Translations under genes and position numbers: made by a program
Source: Acuticoccus yangtzensis
GTDB taxonomy: Bacteria > Pseudomonadota > Alphaproteobacteria > Rhizobiales > Amorphaceae
Assembly (NCBI RefSeq): GCF_001927245.1
Contig: NZ_MJUX01000014.1
Coordinates: forward strand, 1 to 32,000
Length of the DNA: 32,000 nucleotides
Reading direction: 5' to 3'
Shown: positions 17,491 to 26,049 of the stretch, piece by piece
Position numbering within the stretch: the first letter of the stretch is position 1
How the letters are laid out: each line of letters begins with the position of its first letter
Notes under the pieces: generated by a model
Seen by the model: only the letters and a program-made list of their open reading frames with translations
Databases searched by the model: none
Told to the model about the DNA's origin: nothing

Positions 17491-17782
17491 AAGCGCGCTT
17501 GCCGAGTACCGGAAGGGCGCGTTTCGGCGAGTGGCAGAATCTGCGCCCCGCGCAAGTCCGTCGCTCAATGCGGATTTCGAGACCCGCGCAGCGGACTTGG
17601 GCGGTATTTGAAAGCCAAGGCGCAGGCTATATTTGAAAAGTAAAGAGAAAACTTTGAAGGCTGCCCCCGAAAGCCTGCCTTCATCACGGCGGTCGGGTGC
17701 TGGACGGTATCACAGTGCGATCGGTTGACCGGTCGGCCGTCCGGACGGACGCCGCGGCCTGATCGCGTTTGGAGGACGATGC

Positions 17783-17938
17783 GTGGAAACGACCGACAGC
17801 CAACCTGAACAAAGCTTCGAAACGCCGAAGGCAGACAACAACAACATGAAAAGGCAGGCCGAGCCGAAAGGTCCGCCCGCGCCTCAACCCCCGGTGCCCG
17901 CCGGCGGTCACGTCAGGCCGCTCGGTGAACCATCGTGA
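17783..17938 (+). CDS. Candidate 51-aa upstream ORF (below the ORF-track cutoff), coupled to the 97-aa gene
   Basis: GGAGGA (17771-17776) lies 6 nt before GTG 17783. My translation is METTDSQPEQSFETPKADNNNMKRQAEPKGPPAPQPPVPAGGHVRPLGEPS. Its TGA 17936-17938 overlaps GTG 17935 (GTGA). The sequence is low complexity, so coding status is uncertain. Confidence 0.3.
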   Translation: METTDSQPEQSFETPKADNNNMKRQAEPKGPPAPQPPVPAGGHVRPLGEPS

Positions 17939-18228
17939 GTACCGCACGGGATCTGGATGCGCCGGAGTTTTTCGAGTCGCAAAACTACGCGACCTCGGCC
18001 AACCTCTTCGTCCGCCACGCCGGGTCGAGACGAGGGGGTCTTCGCAGCTACCGGTTCGATACGGCGGCCGATGCGATCGCCTGCGCTCTGACCAACTTTG
18101 CCAGTCGGCGGCCGAGCGACGTGGTGATGACCGTGGAAGACAAGCGGTTCAATCTCGACGCTCTGCGCGCGATCGAACGCCGGGATGGGGCGCCCAGCGG
18201 CCCCAGTGCGGGCATCGCTTCCGCCTGA
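17935..18228 (+). CDS. Uncharacterised 97-aa protein, paralog of 28631..28924
   Basis: It shares the core 'LFV...RGGL..(Y)RF.TAA.AI..A..N..S.R..D.VM.V..KRFN' with the second 97-aa ORF, roughly 40% identity by eye. Both have the same length and the same position upstream of the desaturase. Confidence 0.65.
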   Translation: MSTARDLDAPEFFESQNYATSANLFVRHAGSRRGGLRSYRFDTAADAIACALTNFASRRPSDVVMTVEDKRFNLDALRAIERRDGAPSGPSAGIASA

Positions 18229-18286
18229 TCAGCCGGTGATGCGGGCCATTCCTCCGGGGCGGTCGCGCCTGGACACCGGCGACGCC

Positions 18287-19474
18287 ATGAACGGCTCAGC
18301 AACACATCCGCGATGGGCGGAGGAGTACCGCGGTTTGACCCACCTAACTGTCGACGAACCAAGGCACCCCGACACGGGTGCGCAATCGTCGATCGCGCCT
18401 GCCGAGCTCGGACGGGAAATGCGGGCGTACACCGTTCCGGACCGCAAGCGCAGCCTCTTCGAGCTGACCGCCTCCGCCGTACCGTTCGTGGCTCTCTGGC
18501 TCGCCATGTGGCTCGCCCTCACCCAAGTCGGCTACTGGCTAGTCCTCCTTCTGGCGGTGCCGGCCGCAGGGTTCCTCGTCCGTCTCTTCATGATCCAGCA
18601 CGACTGCGGTCACGGCTCGGTCTTCGGCGCGCGCCGCGCGGACGACTGGCTCGGCCGCGCGCTTGGCGTGCTGACCCTCACTCCCTACGATCACTGGCGC
18701 CACACCCATGCCATGCATCATGCGGGTTCCGGACATCTCGGAAAGCGCGGCATCGGCGACGTCGCCACGCTTACCGTTGCCGAGTATCGCGCCCGCGGTC
18801 CGTGGGGGCGGTTCGCCTATCGCGCATATCGCCACCCTCTGGTGCTGTTCGGCCTCGGTCCGGCGCTCGTCTTCATCCTTCAACATCGGCTCCCGGTCGG
18901 CTTCATGCGCAGCGGCGCAATCCACTGGATGAGCACGATGGGCACCAACGCGGCGATTGCCGTGTTCGCAGCGCTGATGATGTGGGCCATCGGCGTCATG
19001 CCTTTCCTCGCCATTCACCTGCCGATCGTCGTGCTCGGATCTGCGATCGGCGTCTGGCTCTTCTACGTCCAGCATCAGTTCGAGGAGACCTCCTGGGACG
19101 GGGCGGATCAGTGGAAGCACCCCGAGGCGGCGCTCCACGGCAGCTCGCATTACACGTTGCCCGGCCCGCTTCGCTGGATCACCGCCAACATCGGGATCCA
19201 CCACGTTCACCACCTTTCGAGCCGCATTCCGCATTACCGCCTCGCCGATGTGCTGCGAGACTACCCGGCGCTCGCGGAGTTCAACCGGCTGACGCTGCGC
19301 GAAAGCCTCCGATGCGTCCGCATGACTCTGTGGGACGAGGAGACCCGCCGGCTCGTGCCGTTCTCGGCTGCGCGGACCGCCGGGCCGGGCGATGACGGGC
19401 GGACTCTGCCGTCCGCCGCCGCACTTGCGGATACAGTCGACGTATCCGGCGCGCGGACCGGTGTCGCCGTATGA
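18287..19474 (+). CDS. Membrane fatty-acid desaturase (three His boxes)
   Basis: Three His boxes are present: HDCGH ('MIQHDCGHGS'), 'WRHTHAMHH' and 'HHVHH' ('IGIHHVHHLSSRIPHYRL'), with TM segments between them. The start is uncertain (ATG 18287, 18239 or 18185 are all in frame). Confidence 0.85.
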   Translation: MNGSATHPRWAEEYRGLTHLTVDEPRHPDTGAQSSIAPAELGREMRAYTVPDRKRSLFELTASAVPFVALWLAMWLALTQVGYWLVLLLAVPAAGFLVRLFMIQHDCGHGSVFGARRADDWLGRALGVLTLTPYDHWRHTHAMHHAGSGHLGKRGIGDVATLTVAEYRARGPWGRFAYRAYRHPLVLFGLGPALVFILQHRLPVGFMRSGAIHWMSTMGTNAAIAVFAALMMWAIGVMPFLAIHLPIVVLGSAIGVWLFYVQHQFEETSWDGADQWKHPEAALHGSSHYTLPGPLRWITANIGIHHVHHLSSRIPHYRLADVLRDYPALAEFNRLTLRESLRCVRMTLWDEETRRLVPFSAARTAGPGDDGRTLPSAAALADTVDVSGARTGVAV

Positions 19475-20259
19475 CCATGATCGCACGGTCGGTCGGGCGA
19501 CTGGCGCCCTTCCTTGTCGTCCTGATCCTCTCCGGCGTGCCGCTTCCGGCGGCGGCGCAAGGGGGCGACGGCGATGTCCCGGCGAATGCGACCGCCTCCC
19601 GATACGGTACCGGGTGGACGTGCGATCCCGGCTACCGCGACATCGACGGCGTTTGCAGTGCGGTGCGCGTCCCGCCGAACGCATACGGCACCGGTCGCTC
19701 GTACGGCTCGGGGTGGGAGTGTCTGCGCGGCTTCGCCGCCACACACGAGAATGGCGACTGCGTGGCCGTCACGGTCCCGGACAACGCTTATTTGAACGAA
19801 CGCGGCCGGTCCTGGGAATGCGAACGGGGGTTCGCGCGTGAAGGCGACGGTTGCGTCGCCGTCGCCGTGCCCGACAACGCCCATCTGAGCGGAAACGCCT
19901 ACGACCGCGACTGGCGTTGCAACCGAGGCTTCCGGGAGGAAGGGGCGAGCTGCGCGAGGATCACCGTGCCGGAGAATGGCTATCTTACCGACACCACCTA
20001 TGGTCTCGGCTGGCTCTGCGAGCGCGGCTACCGGGCGACGCAGGACGCATGTGTGCCGGTTGAGGTGCCCGACAACGCCTATCTCGACGCAGCCGAGCGT
20101 GGTCCCGGTTGGACTTGCGAGCGCGGCTACGTCGAGCGCGAGCACGGCTGCGCTCTGATCGATATCCCGGACAATGCACATCTCGACTACAGCGGCCACC
20201 GGTGGACTTGTGACGAGCCCTACCGAAGGCGCGGCGGCGGGTGCGCTCCATCGGACTGA
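19471..20259 (+). CDS. Exported cysteine-rich tandem-repeat protein (262 aa)
   Basis: ATG 19471 overlaps the desaturase TGA (ATGA). The signal peptide is 'MTMIARSVGRLAPFLVVLILSGVPLPAAA/QG'. It contains 7-8 repeats of ~32 aa with two Cys each. Confidence 0.8.
   Translation: MTMIARSVGRLAPFLVVLILSGVPLPAAAQGGDGDVPANATASRYGTGWTCDPGYRDIDGVCSAVRVPPNAYGTGRSYGSGWECLRGFAATHENGDCVAVTVPDNAYLNERGRSWECERGFAREGDGCVAVAVPDNAHLSGNAYDRDWRCNRGFREEGASCARITVPENGYLTDTTYGLGWLCERGYRATQDACVPVEVPDNAYLDAAERGPGWTCERGYVEREHGCALIDIPDNAHLDYSGHRWTCDEPYRRRGGGCAPSD
19603..20256 (+). repeat. Coding tandem repeat, ~32 aa unit, consensus [YG]-x-x-W-x-C-[ED]-R-G-[FY]-x(5,6)-C-[VA]-x-[VI]-x-V-P-[DE]-N-A-[YH]-L
   Basis: Units read directly from the translation include YGTGWTCDPGYRDIDGVCSAVRVPPNAY, YGSGWECLRGF..., GRSWECERGFAREGDGCVAVAVPDNAHL, YDRDWRCNRGF..., YGLGWLCERGY..., RGPGWTCERGY... 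and GHRWTCDEPY... Confidence 0.85.
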
Positions 20260-20581
20260 TCGGGTCCAGCGTCGGTGGGCCGACGTCGGAACGCTCGCTC
20301 GAGGGCGGGTCCGCGGCGCACGGGAGGGGTTCCATCCCGACCGGAGGAATGGGCGGGGACCGTGGTCGCGCTCACGCCCAGCTCTCCGCTCTACGCCAGG
20401 CGTTCTCGTGACCGGCCGGATCGGAAGCCCTTGCAATCGTGTTGGTCGAAACGCGGAGGACGCGCGCGAAGGCTCGCGCACAACGCTGCGAGGCTTCCCG
20501 ACATGACCGCGTCGCCAAACCCTGAATTGGTCGTGCGCCACCAAGCCGAGCTGGGCCACGATCGGCATATTCATCATCCTG

Positions 20582-21643
20582 GTGTTCGCCGCCATCACGC
20601 TTGCCCGCAGCTTCCTGATGCCGCTGACGCTCGCGGTGCTCCTCTTCGTCGCCTTCACGCCGGTCTGTCGCGCGATGGGGCGTCTGGGCGTTCCGCAGGC
20701 GGTGGCCGCAACGCTGGTCACCCTTGCGCTGCTCGTCGGCGTTCTGGTTGCCATGGTCGTGCTCGCCGTCCCGCTCACAACCGCAGTGGAGGATGCGCCT
20801 AAGATATTCGCAGAGCTCCAGGTCAAGTTCCCGGCGCTGCAGGGGCCGATCAGCGAAATCCGGGATGCGATAGACAGAATCAGCGCTCTATCCGTCGGCG
20901 GCGCGCAACCTTTGACCGTTGTGACCGCCGCACCAGCCAACGGCTCCGGAATGCTGACGAGCATCGCCCTGACGACACCGGCGGTGTTCGCCCAGCTGAT
21001 CTTTACCCTCGTCCTGCTGTTCTTCGCCCTCGCCTCGCGCGAGCTTCTTTACAGGCGCACAGTACCGGGCTTCGCGGCGGCCGCCGAACGGAACGAGGTG
21101 CTGTCAGCGATGCATACGATCGAGAGCAGCCTCGGGCATTATCTGGGCGCGATCACGCTCATTAATGCGGGTCTGGGCGTGGCGGTCGGCTTTGCGATGT
21201 GGGCGTGGGGGATGCCGGCGGCGATCCTGTTCGGGGTCGGCGCGTTCGCCTTCAACTCCATCCCCTACGTCGGCGCCGTCGCGGGCGTGCTCGTCGCCAC
21301 GCTCGTCGCCCTCGTCACCATGGACGGATTCGTCGTTCCAATTCTCGTCGGCTCGACGTACCTCGCGTTGACGTCAGCCGAAGGACAGCTCGTCACGCCG
21401 TATTTCGTGTCTCAGAGGCTGAGGCTGAACACCGTCATCGTCTTCATCGCTGTCGCGCTCTTCACGTGGCTCTGGTCTGTCGTCGGCATGATCGTGGCGG
21501 TGCCGCTCCTCGTGGTGCTCAATGTCATCTGCCAGTTCGTACCGGGTCTGGCCGGACTTGGCTCGTTTTTGTCGGGCGGCGAGGCTGACGAGATGGAGGT
21601 CCAGACCCTTCCCGAACGAAGCGCTGAAAGGATGAAGTCGTGA
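20582..21643 (+). CDS. AI-2E family (PerM/UPF0118) transporter; true start probably upstream and frame-broken
   Basis: It is multi-TM, with 'FNSIPYVGAVAGVL' and 'VVGMIVAVPLLVVLNV' typical of the family. The same frame is open back to 20507 and encodes the TM-like 'WATIGIFIILVFAAITLA' without a canonical start. The nearest ATG (20503) is in another frame. Confidence 0.75.
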   Translation: MFAAITLARSFLMPLTLAVLLFVAFTPVCRAMGRLGVPQAVAATLVTLALLVGVLVAMVVLAVPLTTAVEDAPKIFAELQVKFPALQGPISEIRDAIDRISALSVGGAQPLTVVTAAPANGSGMLTSIALTTPAVFAQLIFTLVLLFFALASRELLYRRTVPGFAAAAERNEVLSAMHTIESSLGHYLGAITLINAGLGVAVGFAMWAWGMPAAILFGVGAFAFNSIPYVGAVAGVLVATLVALVTMDGFVVPILVGSTYLALTSAEGQLVTPYFVSQRLRLNTVIVFIAVALFTWLWSVVGMIVAVPLLVVLNVICQFVPGLAGLGSFLSGGEADEMEVQTLPERSAERMKS

Positions 21644-21945
21644 CTGAACGACGTGAACTCTACCGAAGTCCCAACGGGGACGCCTGGTTTCTGGGGCGTG
21701 AGCCGAGCGACGGGCAGGCCTTCATCATTCATCAGCCGAACGCCCCCTCCGGCGGCCGGCTTTCGCACATTGATCTTCGGCGCTTCCTCAAGGACGGGAG
21801 GGACGGTCCGGAGCATCGTGCGCTGCTGCGGCTGATCGGGACACTTATCGACGTTCCTCCGTATGCCGACCGAGACACGCAGAGCGAACCGCAGGATCTC
21901 CACGGCCGCCAGCCGACCGACCCCGCGGAGCCCCCACAGACCTAG
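21640..21945 (+). CDS. Hypothetical small protein (101 aa)
   Basis: GTG 21640 overlaps the transporter TGA (GTGA). 'YRSPNGDAWFLGREPSDGQAFIIHQPNAPSGG...PEHRALLRLIG' resembles a small conserved rhizobial family, recalled from memory and not named. Confidence 0.5.
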   Translation: MTERRELYRSPNGDAWFLGREPSDGQAFIIHQPNAPSGGRLSHIDLRRFLKDGRDGPEHRALLRLIGTLIDVPPYADRDTQSEPQDLHGRQPTDPAEPPQT

Positions 21946-22017
21946 GCCGGGCTGTCTGCGGCAAGGAAGAAGCGGATCATTGCGGCCGAAGCATCGGGTC
22001 CGGCCGGGTCGGTATAA

Positions 22018-23176
22018 TACCAGCGCGCCTACCCAATGACTCGGTAAACGGTTTGTCGTCCCAGCTCTGACTCCCTTGTCGGATCGGATGATTCGCGGGG
22101 CGCAGATGCGACGAGGATTGGTCATCAGCGACGCACTTTCGGCGGGCGAGCTGCGGCGGCTTGCCTTCCGCGAGCGTTCGGTTCGAACTGCGAAGCGCAT
22201 GCTGGCGATTGCCAATGCGCTGAGCGGTATGACGCGTGCCGATGCGGCGGCAGCGGCGGGGATGGAACGCCAGGCGCTTCGCGATGCTGTCGTGCGATAC
22301 AACGCCGAAGGTCTCGCGGGTCTCGTTGATCGCCCGGGCCCCGGACGTCGCCCGGCCCTCACGGAAGGCGAGCTGGCGCTTCTGGCGGAGCGGATCTTCA
22401 AGGGGCCCGATCCTGAGGTCGACGGCACCTCGAGGTGGACGCTGCCCGATCTCGCCGCGTTCATCGAGGAGCGGTTCGGCAAGACGATCACGCCCCAAAG
22501 CCTGTCGCGTATCCTGCGACGCGAGGGCTTCTCGCACCAGAAGACGCGGCCCTTTCACCCGAAGGCGAAGGCCAGGGCTGCATTCGAAAAAAGGGCTCCG
22601 CGGCGCGCTGAACGACGTCGCCGGGGCGCATCCGCACAAGCGCGTCGTCCTTTATTTCCAGGACGAGATGCGGGTCGGTCAGAAAGGCCGGCTGTGCCAT
22701 CGCTGGTGGCTGAAGGGCGAACGCGCTCCGGGGCGTCAGGATCGGCGGTTCTCCTTCACATATCTCTTCGGCGCAGCGCGGGCCGACGGCGAGGCCGCGT
22801 TCGCGCTGGTGCTTCCCGAGGTCGGGACGCAAGCCATGCAGCTCTTCCTCGACGGTTTCGCCAAAACTCTCCCTGCCGACGAACACGCCGTCATGGTGCT
22901 CGACGGCGCCGGCTGGCACGGCGCCAAAGCGCTGGCGGTTCCGTCCAACATCACCCTCGTGCCGCTGCCGCCGTACTCGCCGCAGCTGAACCCGATGGAG
23001 CGCGTCTGGCTGTACCTGCGCGAACGCTACCTCAGCCTGCGCCTTCTTCCGGGCACCGAGGCCATCCTCGACGCCTGCTGCGCGGCCTGGAACGCCCTCC
23101 TCACCGAGACCGGCCGCCTCCGATCCCTCTGCTACCAGCCGTGGCTTCAACGGATCATTGAATAAGCGCGGCGGTA
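22018..23176 (+). mobile_element. IS630-family insertion sequence (~1.15 kb) with flanking TA
   Basis: The left end ATACCAGCGCGCCTACCCAATGAC and the reverse complement of the right end, ATACCGCCGCGCTTATTCAATGAT, align as imperfect IRs. TA lies at 22018-22019 and 23175-23176, consistent with TA duplication. The exact termini are uncertain by 1-3 nt. Confidence 0.75.
22088..23165 (+). CDS. IS630-family transposase split over two frames at an A6 run (orfA 22088-~22592, orfB ~22593-23165)
   Basis: The N-part 'AKRMLAIANALSGMTRADAAAAAGMERQALRDAVVRYNAEGLAGLVDRPGPGRRP' is the HTH region. The C-part 'VVLYFQDEMRVGQKG...MVLDGAGWH...LPPYSPQLNPMERVW' is the DDE core. The frames change at CGAAAAAAGGG (22585-22595), and a +1 shift is needed. 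Confidence 0.8.
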
Positions 23177-23753
23177 TAAGTGCCGGCCTCCGATCCCACC
23201 GCCCAAGCGTGTCCCATCCCCCCTCGACCAGCCTCATCTCGGCGACGACGACACCATCCAATCAGACCGTGCGTTTCGGCGAGGCGGTTCATGTCCGGGC
23301 CGGCGGCGAAGTCGTCCGGATCCTGGTTGCAGCCATGCAACATCACGATAAGGCCGTTCGGCCCGGCGGGCATCGTCGCAGGGACATAGAGGCGATAGTC
23401 GCGGCTTCCCCCGGGTCCGTCGAAGGTTCTGGTCTGGAACCGGGGATCTGCGGGCTTCTGCAGATCAGCAGGAATTCGACCTCGAGAGGGCTGGGCACTC
23501 CGAGACTCGAGCGACCGATCGCGGCGCCGAGCGGGAAAGTGACCCGCTCCGACGGCAGCGGATCGATGGCAGGCGCCCGGACCGGTTCGATCCGCTGCGC
23601 AATGGAACCTCGATGCCGTCGAACGTCGTGCACAAGCGCGGCGGCGGCCTCTGAAGCGGGCGCATTCGTCTCGCGCTCACCGAGCGCGGCGCGTATGATC
23701 GCCATCGCTTCGCCCGGCTGACCGCCTCGCACGAGGGCGGTCGCCCGGCGCAT
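23177..23753 (-). pseudogene. PHB-depolymerase-family esterase, N-terminal remnant (frameshifted, truncated at the IS630)
   Basis: 'MRRATALVRGGQPGEAMAIIRAALG...' appears in one frame and 'GSRDYRLYVPATMPAGPNGLIVMLHGCNQDPDDFAAGPDMNRLAETHGLI' in another. The catalytic Ser region is absent, and nothing continues on the far side of the IS. Confidence 0.6.
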
Positions 23754-23879
23754 TGCCGGGGCAAAATCTTCGCTCGACTGGATTCCTTCGCCGGCGGTCG
23801 CTGGCAGTGTAAGTCGCTTGTCAGGCGATGCGATCCGCTATGGCCTTCTTTACATCCCGGCTTGCCTGGAGGCGTAAGC

Positions 23880-24679
23880 CTTCGGAGAGGGGCTGGGCGC
23901 ATGCGCGACGTCTGTTCTTCGAGCTCGCCGACATCGCCGCTCGGGCTCGGCGCGACGGCCGAGTGCCGGTGGATCTCGCTGGTCGCGCTCCAGGCGGTCC
24001 GGCGTATCGACGCGCTGTTCGACATCGAGCGCACCATCAACGGCCTCGACGCGGCAGAGCGACTTCGGGTGCGACAGGAGATAAGCGCGCCGCTCGTGCA
24101 AGATCTCGAGGTCTGGCTGCGCGACGAACGCGTTCGCCTGTCCCAATCGGCCGCCGTCGCCAAGCCGATGGATTACATGCTCAAGCGCTGGGACCGGTTC
24201 ACCGGCTTCCTCGAAGACGGCCGGATCTGCCTCACGAACAACGCGGCCGAGCGGGCCCTTCGAGGCTATGCCCTCGGCCGCAAGGCGTGGCTCTTCGCCG
24301 GCTCCGAGCGCGGCTCCGACCGGGCCGCCGCCATGGCGACGCTGATCGGGGCGGCCAAGCTCAACGACGTCGACCCGCAGGCCTGGCTCGCCGATGTCCT
24401 CGTGCGCATCGCCGCCATGCCGCAGGGCCGGCTCCCCGAACTACTGCCGTGGAACTGGAAAACGCCGGTCTCCTCCAGCGAAACCGCTTGAGCCATAGGC
24501 GCGATCCGCCGTGCCTGCGGCCCTCACCGGACGTGTGTGGACGCCCCCTCGGATGCAAGCGTTTTGTTGGGATCGAAGGACATGTGGCCAGGTGCGGTCG
24601 TGTGTCCGGCCTCGAAGGTGCGGCCTTCATCGCCGCGGGCCCGTATGGAGATAGGCGAGATCGGGACCATTTCGCTTAC
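23880..24679 (+). mobile_element. IS66-family remnant: 3' part of the transposase (TnpC, frameshifted) plus the right terminal repeat
   Basis: 'GWAHARRLFFELADIA' lies in frame 2. Frame 0, ending at 24491, reads 'ALQAVRRIDALFDIERTINGL...KPMDYMLKRWDRFTGFLEDGRICLTNNAAERALRGYALGRKAWLFAGSERGSDRAAAMATLIGAAKLNDVDPQAWLADVL'. The sequence ...TTCGCTTAC ends at 24679, which reads as GTAAGCG on the reverse complement, as expected for IS66-type ends starting GTAA. Confidence 0.72.
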
Positions 24680-24796
24680 CCGCGCTCAATGGCGCTGCAT
24701 CCGGAATGCTGGTTCGCCCGATCCGGTCTCGTGACCGTTTGCCCTTACGTTTCTTTCGCCCCGCTCACATCCTCGACGTCAACCCGGCGGCTCGGC

Positions 24797-25825
24797 CTAT
24801 TGCGCCGCCAGCGCCGGATCCCGGTACTCTCCGCCGTTTCGCATCAGCGCCCAGGCGACACGCGCCATGCGATTGGCAAGCGCGACTGCAACCAGCATGC
24901 GCGGCTTGCGGTCGATCATCCTCGCCAGCCAAGATCCCTCGGGCGCTCCCTTTCGAGCCGCCCATCGCACGACGGCGACGGCACCTATGATCAGGAGACG
25001 GCGAATGTTGCGTTGCCCCATCTTCGACGTCTTCCCCAGCCGCCCCTTGCCGCCGCTTGAATGCTGACGCGGCGTAAGGCCGACCCAGGCGGCGAAGTCG
25101 CGCCCCTTGGTGAAGGTCTGCGCCGGCGGGGCGAACGTGGTGAGCGCCGCGGCGGTGATTGGCCCCACCCCCGGGATCGTCATCAGCCGCCGCGCGGTAT
25201 CGTCGGCGCTCGCTCGCACGCGCAACTCCTTGTCGAGCGCCTCTATCTGGCTCCCCAGCATCTCGATCTGATCCACCAGCATTCGCCCCAAGGCTGTCGC
25301 CGCTTCCGGCAAGCCACTTTCGTCACCTTCGACGAACGCCGCCAGTCGGCCGACGTGCGTGATGCCCGTGGGCACGACGAGGTCGAACTCGGCGAGATGG
25401 GCGCGTAGCGCGTTGATCGTTTGCGTGCGCTGGCGCACCAGGAGATCACGGGTTCGGTACGCCATCGCTGCCGCCTGCTGGGCCTCCGACTTCGGCTCCA
25501 CGAACCGCATCGTTGGCCGCGACGCCGCCTCGGCGATCGCTTCGGCATCGGCCGCATCATTTTTCTGCCGCTTCACGAACGGCTTGACGTACGCTGGCGC
25601 GATCAACTTCACCTCGTGGCCCAAGCTTCGGATTGCTCGGGCCCAGTGATGCGCCCCGGCGCAGGCCTCCATCGCGACCGTGCATGGCGCTTGATCCGCA
25701 AAGAACTTCAACAGTTGCCCGCGCGACAGCTTCCGTCGAAAAACGACTGACCCATCCGGCGCAGCGCCGTGGGCCTGGATTACGTTCTTGGCCAGATCCA
25801 GGCCGATGATGCTAACCTCTTTCAC
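24797..25825 (-). CDS. IS110-family (DEDD) transposase/recombinase, copy A
   Basis: 'KEVSIIGLDLAKNVIQAHG...AMEACAGAHHWAR...QKNDAADAEAIAEAA...TIPGVGPITAAAL...FAAWVGLTPRQHSSGGK' are family motifs. The likely start is GTG 25825, 6 nt after AGGAGG. The track start ATG 25840 is the alternative. Confidence 0.9.
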   Translation of the reverse strand: MKEVSIIGLDLAKNVIQAHGAAPDGSVVFRRKLSRGQLLKFFADQAPCTVAMEACAGAHHWARAIRSLGHEVKLIAPAYVKPFVKRQKNDAADAEAIAEAASRPTMRFVEPKSEAQQAAAMAYRTRDLLVRQRTQTINALRAHLAEFDLVVPTGITHVGRLAAFVEGDESGLPEAATALGRMLVDQIEMLGSQIEALDKELRVRASADDTARRLMTIPGVGPITAAALTTFAPPAQTFTKGRDFAAWVGLTPRQHSSGGKGRLGKTSKMGQRNIRRLLIIGAVAVVRWAARKGAPEGSWLARMIDRKPRMLVAVALANRMARVAWALMRNGGEYRDPALAAQ

Positions 25826-26038
25826 GGACGCCCTCCTCATAGCGGTGCTTCAACACCCGCTACCTTGGCACTTCGATGCCGTCGGGGGGCGTCCACCCCA
25901 TCGCTTACCTGGAGGCTGCCGAGCACGGTGATGGATCCGATGGTCGCCGCAGCGAGCGCCGGCATGACGTCAGGCGCGATCCGCGCAAGACCGACGAGCT
26001 TGATGTGGAGCCCTTCACGAGCCGCTCGCGCCGCTTCC

Positions 26039-26049
26039 GGGGGGGGGGG
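26039..26049. repeat. G11 homopolymer in the spacer between the two IS110-family genes
   Basis: The run was counted directly: ...ccgcttccGGGGGGGGGGGcaactg. It lies 17 nt downstream of the copy-B stop codon. Confidence 0.9.

Noticed and set aside
17532-17545. TGGCAG-N-TGC resembling a sigma-54 -24/-12 promoter upstream of the cassette
   Set aside because: The GG-to-GC spacing is about 2 nt shorter than the TGGCAC-N5-TTGC consensus.
21973-21982. A 10-nt string CGGATCATTG repeated at 21973-21982 and 23151-23160, considered as alternative IS630 boundaries or a target duplication
   Set aside because: The second copy lies inside the transposase 3' end, and the IR alignment places the IS ends at ~22018 and ~23176 with TA flanks. 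The repeat is most likely coincidental.
23808-23816. GTAAGTCGC upstream of the IS66 fragment as a possible left IR, which would make the remnant an internally deleted IS66
   Set aside because: Only the first 5 nt match the reverse complement of the right end (GTAAGCGAAATGG). That is too little to call an inverted repeat.
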